Shown here: positions 24,259 through 36,737 of the stretch, piece after piece
Layout of the letters: every line of letters starts with the position of its first letter
Numbering within the stretch: the first letter of the stretch is position 1
NCBI GenBank assembly: GCA_001179505.1
Contig: CDMY01000368.1
Location: 34,365-98,364, forward strand
Origin: Vitrella brassicaformis CCMP3155
Lineage: Eukaryota; Protista; Chromerida
Reading direction: 5' to 3'
DNA length: 64,000 bases
Notes under the pieces: generated by a model
What the model saw: the letters and a program-made list of their open reading frames with translations, nothing else
Databases searched by the model: none
Told to the model about the DNA's origin: nothing
Position numbers and translations under genes: made by a program

Positions 24259-26448
24259 TCACGGACGCACCAGGCGGCCCCCATCCTGCACCCGCCAAAC
24301 CCCACCCGCGTGCTGGAAGTGTTGTTGCTGAAAGGGCAGGGGGCGAGCGTACGGCTGGTTGATGGGCGGCTGGTGGTGGTAGACAGGAAGCAGCTGGCGC
24401 ACTGCGTTGATCCGAGGATGCATCGGCCGGACGGGGGGGTGAGAAGGCTGCTGGTGAGAAGGCTGAGCAGCCTTTATCTCCTTGGGTATGCCGCATACTG
24501 CACGCCGCACGCCTCGCACGATTGACCTCATCGATAGACAGCACCCGCACGTTTCAGCCCCAGTTGCCGGCACAGTCGGCCTTGTGTGCGGCTGGCAAGG
24601 AGGGACTCGATGATGAGAGGGGGGAGCCTCACGCACGACGGTGCGTCTGATGGCCTCTACGCGCTGCTTCACATGCCGTAGACTCGGACGATGATCCGGA
24701 TGCACCTGCGTGCACTCCTTCATGAGGGTCACCAGCTGGTGTGTGGCGGTGTTGGTGTCGTAGCCGGCAGGAAGGACGTCTCTGACTGGTAGCCCGTTGT
24801 TGACATCCAACATGCAGGCCCCAGTCGCGCCGAGACAGAGGAGATAGCCCGTGAGGTAGGTCATCGTCTTCTCGGTCACCCATCCCCAAGTCTCCGAGTA
24901 GCCAGGCTGATATATGACAGCAGGGAGCAAAAGCACAATGCATCAAGACAGTCAATGAGTAAGGATTCCTTCCCATAAGGCCGGACACGTACGTATGTTG
25001 CATGGGGCGTCAGCACAAAGGGGAGGCCGGCGTCTCTGTTGTGAGCAGCCCATCTCCCCCCAGCTGCCTGCCATTCTTCCGGCGTTGGGTTGGAAGAGAG
25101 CAAAGAGCTGTTCGCACCGTGATACGCCCACCCGCCCATGGTTGGCGACTCAGGTGCCCAGGTGAAAGCCGACCAGGTGACGGGCGGCTCACCCTCACAA
25201 GGGCCAGAATCACGGACTAGACATGCCCGATCTACCGATGAAAGGGCGGGGGCGACCGAGATGATGTCCCCCACAGGATGCGTCGCTGCCGCGGCTCTGG
25301 TCCAGCCTCCTCCTGGCCCTCTCTTGATGGCCCCAGACGTGCGAAACGACACCAGACCACCCAGGTCGAACATGAACACACGCTGCCGCCCATCCCGGCC
25401 CGCTGAGGGGTTGATGAACAGGTTGTTGAGCACTCCGTCGAGGTGCAAAAAGTCGTATCCCTCGTACAGCTGCAGGTGGGCGTCAACGGCGGCTGTGAGG
25501 ACGTCTAGAACCATCGCCACTCTCTCCCGTGACACTGTCTCGCCGCTGTCACGCTCATATCGATCCGTGCAGCATTGCGTCGTCCACTCCGCCAGGGGCC
25601 GATAGTCTGCGGGGATCTTCTCGAGACAGAGGAACAGCACTCGGGCGTCACTTTGCCAGCGCCACGCCCCGTCTGCCCTCGTTTGATGCACGCCGGCGGT
25701 GCCATAATGGCCGCCAACAAACAAGTCCCGTTCCGTCACACCACAGAGTGTGCCGTCGAGGTAGAGGGATGGAACAGGCACCGACACATGCTGCCGCCTC
25801 TTGCCGTCCTCCAGCAGCCGATAAGCGGCCCCCTCATAGTACAGCATCTGCGTCGTCGCCAGCCGCTGAGGGTCCCCGACAGAGGGCGGCACACTGCCAT
25901 CGGGGAGTTTGGCCCATTTCACGGCACACGGCTGGCGCTTGATGCACTCGACAGGCAGGGAACGATGACGAAAGGCAAAGGTGAGGGCCAAACCGTTTCT
26001 CACCCCTTCAGCCCCCTGGCCCCTGCCAAGCTCCTCGAACAGGTAGATCTACGCACACACAGAGAGAGAAAGAGAGAGAAACAAACAGATAAGTGAGTGA
26101 TGTGCGTTTGTTTTGTATGGGAGTGCACTGCACGCCTTTGTTTGAGACCTCGTGGCAAAGCAGCCCATCGTGGAAGAGGATGCGCTCTTTGGCGTGCGAG
26201 ATGCCAAATTGGGCGACGTGAGGCGGTCGGGTGGGAGGTGGTGGGGATGCCGCAGGAGGGGGGTGATGCGCAGCAGCAGCCTGGTCCTGCTGAACGAGTG
26301 GGTGTGGCACATGGCCCATGCATGTTCTCCAACCCGGTCGTGGAGTCGCAATGTGCTCCCCGCCTTCCGGTGCGCCTGCAAGTAAGGCAAGTAAGGCAAG
26401 ACAGCCACAAACGAACCGAGCGATGGATGCTATGGCGTGTTGGCTCAT
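24259..26448 (-). CDS. Divergent secreted Ser/Thr protein kinase-like protein
   Basis: Signal peptide MSQHAIASIARFVCGCLALLALLAGA. Kinase motifs in order: LGRGQGAEG, CAVKW, FLHLDGVLNNLF, FMFDLGG, TWAPE, and subdomain XI LMKECTQVHPDHRPSLRHV. Pro-rich N- and C-terminal parts. Confidence 0.75.
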
Positions 26449-26755
26449 CTATCCATTTCATTCATTCATTCTCACCGCTTTGCGAGGAGAAAGATATCGA
26501 TATCGTCAGTCCACCCTCCCCTCCATTCTCACCGAGGGCTCCTTCCTCTTGTAGCATGATTCGTCAACAGAGAGAGGGGAGTCTGTGAGGACAAGGAGGC
26601 TTGGTTGGTTATGTGTAACGATGAAGTTGCCACGAACGGGGTTGCTTGGATCTTGGGCGACCCTGGGCTGGCGCCAGCCGTCCGAATTGCGGGCAAGTTG
26701 GCTGAGCTCGCAGATGGAATGAAGGCGGGGCCCCCAAACTGATGTTTCACCACTG

Positions 26756-29573
26756 ATGATTGTGCTTATGGTCTGTGTTTCGGCAGCAGTGATGGAGCTG
26801 TGCATGATCACCAGGTGGCTGCTCTTGACGCTCTTCGGCTGGTCCTGGCGGGTCACAGGCAGCATCCCACGACCATTGGCCTTCATAGGTGGCGCCTCTG
26901 GAGGAGCAGCAGCTGTGCGGCGTGGATCTATCAGCGGCACACACAAGCGGCCGCGACCATGCAGCAGAACAAGGCACGGCACTCCGCTCACCTTGACGAC
27001 AGTGATGCAAGCAGGGAAGCCATCTGTTTCAGCTGTGGCCACTAAGCCGCCCAGCCGGGTTCAACCGACCAAGGAGCGTCGACTACTTAATGGCGAGGAG
27101 GCGTTATCCGCTGCCGCTCCTGCACCGGTTTCCGACTCCACGTCGCCGACCAGCGAGAGTAGCAATTATCGTCCGCCCTCATGGTTGGGTCGTCGGCACA
27201 CAGCGGAGACCCGCCGGAAGATGTCTGAGGTGCACAAGAAGAGGAAACCGGTGCCATGGAACAAGGGCAAAAACCTCGACCCAGCACTCAGGGAAAAGAT
27301 ACGAGCTGGTACGGACGTACGTATGGATGCACAGAGGGACGGACGGACGTAGAGAGGGCGGGAGAGAGTGGTGGGAGGCTGGCTGGCTGGCTGGGTGGGT
27401 GGGACAGACACAGCAAGCCACGTACGCACGCTTGATGAAGGGATGTCTGTCTGTCTGTCCGTCCATCTGCTTGTGTTGTGTGTTGTATTCTGCCTTGTCT
27501 GTCTGCATTCATTCATTTATTGCAATCAGGCGTTGTGCGGCGGAATGAGATAGAGCTTCAGAAGAAACTCAAGGTGGGTCAAGACTTGAGTTTCTTCTCA
27601 GTTTGGGTTGTCTTGAATGACTGGCATCGATGAATTAATGAATGACTGGCTATAGAAGTTGGGTTTGAGGACACGTGAGGAGTACGACCAGTGGAGGCGA
27701 CAACAGCGGGTAAGGTGACAACACCTCGACGTGACGTGCAGCCACCCACCCTGATCTCCTAACTTCTATTAATGCCGTTCTGTGATTCATGTCTGCCTGC
27801 CGGCCCCGTGTGTGTGTGTGTGTGTGTGCAGTATTCGCCTCCCCGTACGAATCGTACGGTGTCAGCTGAGTCGCGCCAAAAGATCTCCGCAACCATGAGA
27901 CGACACTGGGCCAAACCGGAATTCAGACAAAGGGTCGGTCAGCCACCAAGACATCCACACGCAAACAAACCTGTTTGTTTCTCTCCTCATTTCCGCTGCC
28001 TTTGTTGGCATCGCATCCATCGCTCAGAATTCCGGTCGTCCTTGTTCCAACAGCACTCGCGCCAAGCTGTCTCGGATCCTCACCAATAAATGGGCACTCG
28101 ACGATGACTTCAGAAACAAGGTAAGGTACCACACTCCTGCAGCACTGCACACACTACCCTACCAGCAAACAGACACATCGGCTTAGCGGTCTGTTGTGTG
28201 TGCTGTTTGTTGGTGGGCATGGCATGTTCGTTCAGACGATCATGGCCCGTTCGCGGGCCCCCTTTCATGGCAACAAGGGCTATCGGCACCCCGAACACGT
28301 CAGGCGGAAGTAAGCAAGGAAGGACGTCAGTCAACACATCAAGATTGACGGCCGGCCACACCAGACACACACACCTGCGCACCCATCCGTCCATCCGTCC
28401 ATCAATCTCTCGTGTGTGTGTGTGTGTGTGTGTGTGTGAGTGCAGGATATCTGCGAGTTTGAAGGCCAAGTGGCAGGAGCCCGAATACCGAGAGGCCATG
28501 CAAAAGGCGGTAAGGTCGACTGACTGACTCCCAAACAGACAGACAGACAGACACACAGACAGATGCTGTCGCTTGACTGTCTCTGTCTGTCTGTCTGTGT
28601 TGGATGTTTGGTTCATTTGTGCAGATTCAGAGTGCGCTGAGTGACGGTGTCCGTCAGCAGATCGCCGACACGGTGCGGAAGAGGTGGCAGGACCCCCACT
28701 ACAGGGACAAAATGAAAAGGGCATTCGCCGTTAGGACCACACAACACAGACAACGAATCAGCAACTCACTCAAGTAACTAAACCACACACACACACACAC
28801 TGCAGCCACTCGGCTACCCTCCCTCCCTCCTTGCTTGTTTACTCACTTGTTCAGGGAGCGTTGGAAGGATGACGATTTCCGCAAGAGGATGGATCTGGCA
28901 TACGCAGCCTACGCAAGGTGGGCAGGCAAACCGCATACAGTACATGCCTTCCTATCTATAGATAATATAGCTTGCCGGCAACTCAGTTGGTTTCTTGCTG
29001 TGTGTGTGTGAATTCATTCGCCCTCACCGTACGTACGCTACGTGTCTGTCCCCCACCCCCAATCAGACGGGTAGGCAACACAGCACAGCACAGCACAGCA
29101 TAGCCCACCCACCATCCACCACCCACCCAACGGCCATCAACCCGTCGATGGCGGGGCTGTCGGTTCGCTTCATGTGTTGACTGACGCGTGTGTGTGTGTG
29201 TGTGTGCTGTCTGTGCAGAGGACTCAGACGGGTCCGTTGAGCGATGAGGTGCGGACCAAGATATCCGAGACACTCAAACGCAGATGGGCCGACCCTGAAT
29301 TCAGAAGACAGGTGCGTATCCATCGTAACTATCGAGTGGATGGGATATACTACACAGCACGCCTAACCTCTAACCATGCCATATATGCTGTGGTCGCATT
29401 CATTCATTCATTCATTTATCGTGTGTGTGTGTGTGTGTGTACTGCACGTCTGCCTGGTGGTCCATCCATCCATCCATGCTGCATGGATCGATCAGCGCGG
29501 CGTGTCTCAGTCTCACAGCAGGGTGGACCAGCAGCGAGTCTGGAATGAAATATACCAGGAGATACTTCGGTAA
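26756..29573 (+). CDS. NUMOD3-motif repeat protein with putative bipartite plastid-targeting leader
   Basis: Leader MITRWLLLTLFGWSWRVTGSIPRPLAF followed by an S/T/R-rich stretch. Classic NUMOD3 GRRHTAETRRKMSEVHKKR, then PWNKGK. About six RxKISxx(M/L)xxxWxDPE(F/Y)R-type repeats are spread over small exons from 27830 to 29311. Further 3' exons up to about 29990 are possible. Confidence 0.75.
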
Positions 29574-29783
29574 ATACGCCAGTGAGGGAGTCAGTGAGGG
29601 ACAGACACGGAACCCTCCTGCCTGCCTGCCGACGGAATGAATGAATGTATGTTTGTGTGTGTGTAGTGATTCTCCTCTGTTGGGTGAGAGCGACAAGTGG
29701 GTGGCTGGCCACGACCTCGAGGTACAGGCACTTCAGTGACTGACGACGCAGGAAGGAAGGGATTTATCCCACAAACCAACGGC

Positions 29784-29831
29784 GGGGAGGTGAGGGGGAG
29801 AGGGGAGGGGGGAGAGGGAGGGGGGAAGGAG
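29784..29831 (+). repeat. Purine-only G-rich tract (potential G-quadruplex)
   Basis: ggggaggtgagggggagaggggagggggggagagggagggggggaaggagg contains several runs of three or more G. Confidence 0.4.
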
Positions 29832-30410
29832 GCCGAGAGACAGTGAATTGCGCTCTAAGGTTGGTTGGTTGATTGAGGCCTTCAGAACGCATCCAGCTGG
29901 TAAGGAAAGGAGAGGAGAGGATCGCTCAGTATTCAGCTGGCTGCTGAAAGGGACTTGTGGCATGGTGGACGCACTGACTGAGTGGCTGAATGACTCACAT
30001 GGATGGGACGGCATCAATGTGTGTGTATTCTGGATGTACGTATGCGTCGTCAGTCAGTCACCGTACATACATACACGTATACGTATGTAGGTATCTATGC
30101 ATTCGTTTCACGTAGACAGACACACAGACAGACACGAGTGAGTGTATGTGATGTAACAAGTCAGACAGACAGACGACTGACTGACTGACTGGTGTCCCGT
30201 CACACACACACATTGTCAGAGGTACATAGGCAGGTCACGCACTCACTGATTGTTTGCGATAGACAGACACACACACATACATAGTCGACCCGCCAGGCCT
30301 TCCATCCTCCCATCCACCAGTGCACTCACTCATGGCCCCGCTCCCCACCCACCGGTGGGTGACCTGACCCATCCGTCCCGTCTGTCTCACATGTCTGTCA
30401 CGTCATTCAT

Positions 30411-30839
30411 TCATCCCATTTTGGGTCTGGTATCGAACATCCTGCCGTTGGGGAACATGTGCTGCAGCTCAATGAATCGGTGGTTGCTGCTGTAGCGGAC
30501 CATCAGGGAGGCCTTGAAATACCCGGCATCGTGCCACGCCTTCATCTGCTCGGCGGTAAACTTGCCCTGCACGTTGCTCTTGGGATCCACATACCTGCAA
30601 CAATACATACAATCCAGAGGGAGGCCAGGCCACATTATTGCGATGACCGTGTCCCTCCATCCCTCCCTCCCGGGCCGCAGTGCGTGTGGTGTGGTATTGT
30701 AGCTTACTCCCAGCATCTGTCTCTGAGTGGGTCTGCCACCTCGTGTTGGTTTGCGATGGGGGGCGGCCGGGACCCCAGCAACGGCCGGAAGGAAGGGTCA
30801 CTCGTCAGCGGCCCGCGGTAACTCCCACCTGACACATTT

Positions 30840-30877
<38 letters not shown>

Positions 30878-33800
30878 GATGGCCATGCCGATGGTACCAC
30901 TGTCGAACCCGCCGCTGGCCATCGGCTGGGGGGCGTATGGCCGGGCCCTCTGCTGCTGCTGCTGCTGCTGCATGGTGGTGTGTTGGTCCTGCTGTTGGAT
31001 GGGAGGCTGCTGTTGGATGGGAGGCTGGGCTTGCTGCTGCCGATATGTGGCGGTCGGGGCGAACTGAGAGGGCATCTGGCCACCGATACCAGCTTGTGGC
31101 AGCTGTTGCTGCTGCTGCTGCTGCTGTGGTGTAGGTAGTCCCTGCTGCCTGCCGGGTGGCTGGTGCTGTGTGAAGGGGGAGGGCTGCGGGGGGCGGGGGG
31201 CGGAGCTTGACAAGGCAGACAAGACACCATTCCAGTCGTCAGGGCCGCCTCGCTGATGCTGCTGCTGCTGCTGCTGGTGGAGTGGCTGCTGGACCTGCCG
31301 GACGTCCTGCATGGCCCTGTTGGATGGCTGCAGGGGGGCCGGTGCCTGTCCACCGGGGGAAGGATAGTTGGGACGCTGCTGCCGTATCATTTCTTGCTGC
31401 TGCTCTTGGGGGGTCTTGGTGGTGGGCGGGAAGGGGGCCTGTCCGAAGAGCTGATGGCCCGGTCGCATGGCGGCAGCAGCGGCGGCACTGGGGTCTTGGG
31501 TAGATGGTGTGAATAGAGTCCTGTGTGGGTCGGGTGAGGGTATGTTGTCACCACCTGCCCCTGCCATGGGAAGGAACCCCGGACCCTCACTCCCGCCAAC
31601 ACCACCCTTGGGCAGTCGACCTACAGGGGAAGGGGGCTGCTGCTGCTGCTGCTGTTGGCGCTGCTGCTGCTGAGTGGTGTCCGACGGCATAACCGGCCGT
31701 CCAATGGGCTGCTGCAGGGTACCAGTGGTGCGAAGGTCCGGCTGGCCGTACGCCGGGGCCGGGGGCGCACGCCACGAGCCGATGGGACCAATCGAACTGA
31801 CACCACCTGACACGTCCATCCCATATGGCCATGGCACACAACACAACACAACGCAAATAAAGACCAACAGTGAGTGACAAGTGACATCGACATGACATCA
31901 ATCATATCTGAAGATGTATGGGGTGGGATGCATGTGGCTTTGCTGACCGACCGACCTTGTGCCACCTGCCCAGTGCCACTGGGCATGTGTGGTTTGTCGT
32001 GTCTGTCTTGCCCCGCAGGTGGGCTGTCGGCTGGGGCGTCGGGCGGTAGTTTGCCCTTGTTGATGTTGGCCAGCCAGCTGATCAGATTCTCACCCTTGGA
32101 CCTGCTCGGCGGTGGCTGCTGCTGCTGCTGCTGCTGGTCCACTGGCGGCGGCTGTGGTGCATTAGCAGGTGGGGGCGGTACGGTGTCAGGTGGGCCTATG
32201 GGTCTTGGAGGGGCGCCCCCCGAGGCAGCCAGCAGGCCATTGACTCTGCCGGGTGGCAGGGGCTGGGGGGCGGTCTGGGGGTGGGCAGATTGGGATGCGG
32301 ACGTCGACAGATAGTTGAGGGCATTCCTCAACAGATTCACGCGGCCCTCGCCACGCCCGTCACCCACAGCCCCGGCAGCAGCGGCCGCCGGTGGCTTCTG
32401 GTTGCTCAATGCTGCCTCACTCGGGGATGAAATGGGGGGCGCCTGTGCGTCGGGGCCGCCAGCAGCAGCGTCCACCTGCTGCTGCTGCTGTGATGGGCCT
32501 GGAGGGGTGGGGCGACTCTCGGGTGGTGGTGGTGGCTTGGCTTGTTGCTGGGCTGCTGTGTCGACGGTTGCCTTGGGCTTGGTGGGCTGACCACCCTCGG
32601 TGGGTGGGTGTTGAGGGGCAGGCGGGACTGCCTTGGGGGCAGCTGCCTCCGGGGTGGGAGCTCTCTTGACCGCTGGGGGGCCGCCCGACAATCGTGTTGT
32701 CACGTCAGATCTCTCAACATCTGCAGAGGTCATCGCATCCAAGGAAGGAAACCAGACAGACAGACAGACGGATGGATGGATGGATGGATGGATGGAGGTT
32801 TCCTCTTGAGATGTTTTGGTGCGTACGTACCTTTGTCCTTGTCCTTGACTTTGTCTGGGGCGGAAGTGTCTCTGCCAGCGTCCTCCTTGTCGCCCTCTCT
32901 GCGGTCCTTGACCTTGACATCCTCGACCTTGGTCGGCTGTGCCTCGGATGGCTCCCCGCCGGCCTCTGGTGGCTGCTCCTTGTCCTTGTCGCGCTGCTGA
33001 GCCTCCTTGTCACGCGCCCCTGCATGCATCAATCACATCAGGCAGGGCAGGCAACAAGCGAAACAAACACCACACCCACACAAACATGGTGCTGTGACTG
33101 CGGTGGGTTGGGGGGTGAGGGTCTCTTCTCTGGTGGGTGGGTGGGTGGGTGGGTGGGTGGGCGTGTGAGTGGTGTGTGTATGTAATGTAGCGTGTGTGTG
33201 TCTTTGTTGTCTTGTGCGGCCGCACCTACCAGCAGCAGCGGCTCGTCGTGCCCCCGGAGGTCGGTACACTCCAGGCTTGGATGTCGTGTCGTCCTCCAAA
33301 TTCAGATTCGGCTTCTCGGGGGGACTGCAGTGCAGTGCACGCAACACAAGACGGACAGACGTACAGGAGAGGAGACATACATACATACAGCAGACATGGC
33401 CCGTCCGGGCGGGATGGAAGCGTTGGTTGCCTTTTGCCTGACTGACCTGTATACGCCTTCCACTTCAGGTCTCCAAGCGACCTCAAACACCTCCGAAAAC
33501 TGCTGACTCGCCAACACCTTACCTGGACGGACAGCACACATAGCAATGAACGAACAGGCAGCCGAAGCACACGCGCGTCGGCAATGAGTGCAGTGCATGC
33601 CGTGCGGTGAGAAGAGGTGGGCCTGGCCTGTTGTCCCCCCCAGCTACCCAGAGGCAGGCCCACCTTCACAGTTCCAAATGGTGAATCCGTTGTCGACTCT
33701 TCGTCTGGGTGCGAGGACGGCCGTGAGAAAGTGCCGGCCGTCAGGAGCCCAGTCACACGATACAGTGCACGCGGCCTTGGACGAACATATCTTGCGCATC

Positions 33801-36439
33801 GTACGAGCCGCCGCATCGCGATACCAGAAGTCCATCTCACCTGTTCATGTGACACACACACACACGCATCAAATCAACCCATGGAGGGAGGGAGGAGGAT
33901 GGGATGAATGGGCCCGCTTCCGTGGCTGGCTGGCTGGCTGGCTGGTGGGTGGGTGGGTGTGGTCGACTGACCGGCGAGGTTGGCGAAGCCGCCGATGCAC
34001 ACGATGGACCCAAATGCATTCCACCTGCACAAACAACACAACACAACACAGAATACACAGGTGTGTCTATCGACTGCCGTGTGGGTGTGGTGTGGTGTGG
34101 AGTGGTGTCGTGGTTGTGCAGTGCAGTCAGTCAGTCAGTCGGCCTGCCGACCCACCGACCGTATGGTGTTGCGATATGCCTTGCCGAAGTCGAATCGCTG
34201 CTCGCACTTCTTGCCATCATATAACACTATCGCTGATGGAGGGATGCATTTCATTCAGACACCCAGAAGGCAGACAGAATAAACGACCATGATGTCATTC
34301 ATGTGGTGCTATGCTATGAATACGTGTCAGTCATTCGTCGTGTGTGTTGTGTTGGTTGATTACATGCGGGTGTGGCGCCTGAGATGAGAATAAATTCGTC
34401 TCTGACGGGGCTCCACTTGACGTCGGATGCGGTGCCGATGACCTCTACCTCCTTGACTGCCACCTTGTCCTTCAGGCCCTGACGGATGAGCGACTCCAGC
34501 TGCACCCACCACACCTTGCTCTTGCCGTAGTAGAAACAGCCAGACTTGTCCTCGTCGTTGTGCGTGTGCACCAGCAGCGCGTTGCCCGACGCAGACCACA
34601 GCAGGTCCACCTCGTCGGCCGTCACGTCAGCACTCACACTCGCGTCGACTGGCGGCGGGGGGCTGACACCCAGCTTCATGCCGCCCCCACCCTGCATGCC
34701 GCTCAACACACTCGCAGGCGGGGCCCGCACCGCACGCAGCGACTCCACGGTGGTCTCCTCCTTGACTACCATGTCGTACACCTGCACACTCGCGATGCCC
34801 TTGGCCTTGGACTTGACGAACGCCGCCAGCATCAGCCTCTTGCCCTTGGTGCCAACGCCCGACGACGACGACGGCCCATCGAAGCCGTTCTGGCGCGCAT
34901 GTGCGTGAGAGGGGCCGGGCGAGGACGGGAGGAGGGCCGTGGTGTCGATGGGGGCGATCTCGAAGCAGCAGAGGTTCTCGATGGGGATTCGCATCTTCAT
35001 GGTGCCCTTGAGGGTGCCGTCGTAGACACGGATCTCGGGCACAGCCGAACCCCTCGGGCGCGGACCGGGGCTCGAGTTGGGGCTCTGCACCGCCGCATTG
35101 GTGGGGGCCGTCAGGGCCGCCCACTTGTCCTTTGGCGGGGGAGCGGTCGTCGTGGTCCCACCACCCTCCCCACTGCCCTCGTCCTCTCGACTGGTGTCGT
35201 CTGTCGTCTGTCCAGCTGCTCCATCGGCCATCTTGTCAGTGTCGTCTGCAGGAGGCGGCAGTGCGTTGGCATTTGGGTTGGCTGTGGCGGTCTGGTTGGC
35301 GCTGGTGTCTCGGTCGGGGACGAAGAAGATGCAGCACAGCTGCTCATCTGCCGTCCATCGCAGGGCCGGCCAGTGGTACTTGGTGGGGATCCTCTTGACG
35401 CTCAGCGACGCGACCTTGCGGCCGTCCTTGGTGGTCCACACGAAGGTGTTGCAGGGCGCCCACACTATGCCATCGGACGGTGGGGGCGAGGCAGGTGGGG
35501 GGGCCGCAGATGGGGACGGGCCGTTCTCGAGCACCGACATCTGCTCCTCGGGCACAAACAGGGGATCTACACACATACAAACATACATACAGGCACAGCA
35601 CACAACACAAGACACGTACACAACTGGGGGGCGGGTGGGTGGGCGGATATCACCGACCGACCGACATGATGGATGGAGGCCAGACGTGATCTGATCACCC
35701 ACTGGACTGACCTTTGAGTGGCATGGTTTGCTGCTTTCCATCCATGGGTGCGTAGGTGACGAGGTAGGTGGACAGCGGCGACCAGTGGATGCGATTGACT
35801 GCCGTGCCGTCCCCGCCAGGGATCAGCACCGACCTCTGCAGGCTAGAGGCGTCCACTGGCGTGGGCATGGCCCCTCCAGGCCCGTCCATGTCATCGCGGT
35901 GGGAAGACTTGCCGCCCTGTCGTCGTCTACCCATATCCCACGACGGGTGCTGATGGATCGATGACACGTGTGCACAATGATCCAATGAATCGATTGGCTG
36001 GCGTGTGTCTGCCCTGTTTTCTTGTCCTTCGTGCAGTTGTGCAAGTGTGCCGTGCCGTGTGGTGTGGTGTGGTGTGGTGCGCACCCGTATGATGGAGACT
36101 TCCCTGTTGGAGCCGACAGAAGCCAGCGAACTGCCGTCCGTCGCCCAAGACGCAATGTCGATCTTACCAAGCTGATACGACCGATACACACGGGCAGAAA
36201 CACACATGCACAAACCGTTGGCAGGAGAGCACGAGTGGCAAGAGAGCAACGAGCAAGCCTGTTCTCTCTCTGTGTGGTCGATGCGATGCTCCCTCTCTCA
36301 AGGCTTCCGTCCCAAATCCATAGGTACGTACCTTGACATCATCCCATTTGTCGTCTCCGTCGCCCTTGGAGAATACGGTGCACCCGTCGCGGCCTCGTAA
36401 GAGAAACGACACGCTCGGACATCGCGGTGGCTGAGGCAT
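30411..36439 (-). CDS. EIF2A: Translation initiation factor eIF2A fused via a long Q/P-rich region to a C-terminal GYF domain
   Basis: eIF2A signatures: FLLRGRDG, HWSPLSTYLVT, HWPALRWTADE, DKSGCFYYGKS, DVKWSPVRDEF, FDFGKAYRNTI, IGGFANLAGEMDFW, WAPDGRHFLTAVLAPRRRVDNGFTIW, EVAWRP, PGVYRPPGAR. GYF exon WEYVDPKSNVQGKFTAEQMKAWHDAGYF (30594-30411). The intervening exons join in frame. The start codon is uncertain because a 5' intron is likely. Confidence 0.85.
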
Positions 36440-36737
36440 ACCGGACGGACCCACCAACACACCGACCGACCGACGGGCAAACACGCACCGCACTGACTGA
36501 CTGGCACACCGACCGGCCGGGCCGAGTGGGTGGGTGGGTGGGTGGGTGGACGGGAGGGAGGGAGTCTCCTCACTCACTCACGGACGCACCGCACCGCAGC
36601 AGTGGCACTAGCTGTACGAGAGGATGGCGGATCGAGGCAGGCCGAGGGCAACGAGGGCACGACGACGACGGTGGACGAGATGCAACAACACGCAACCGAC
36701 CTGAAGGCCACGCAACCAGCCTGCCGTTCACAGACAG

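Noticed and set aside
24259-26448. Calling the kinase FIKK
   Set aside because: HLD is shared, but the F-I-K-K subdomain II motif is absent (CAVKW) and no other FIKK hallmark was recognised.
26756-29573. Active homing endonuclease or mobile group I intron
   Set aside because: Only DNA-binding NUMOD3-type motifs are visible. There is no GIY-YIG, HNH or LAGLIDADG domain, and the gene has spliceosomal introns and a targeting leader.
30727-35694. Long plus-strand ORFs (for example 34560-35669, 32542-33000, 30727-31134)
   Set aside because: These are antisense shadows of the GC-rich eIF2A-GYF exons, with no independent motifs.
30411-36439. eIF3b instead of eIF2A
   Set aside because: There is no N-terminal RRM. 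The YYG, APRxRVDNG and YRPP motifs are eIF2A-type.
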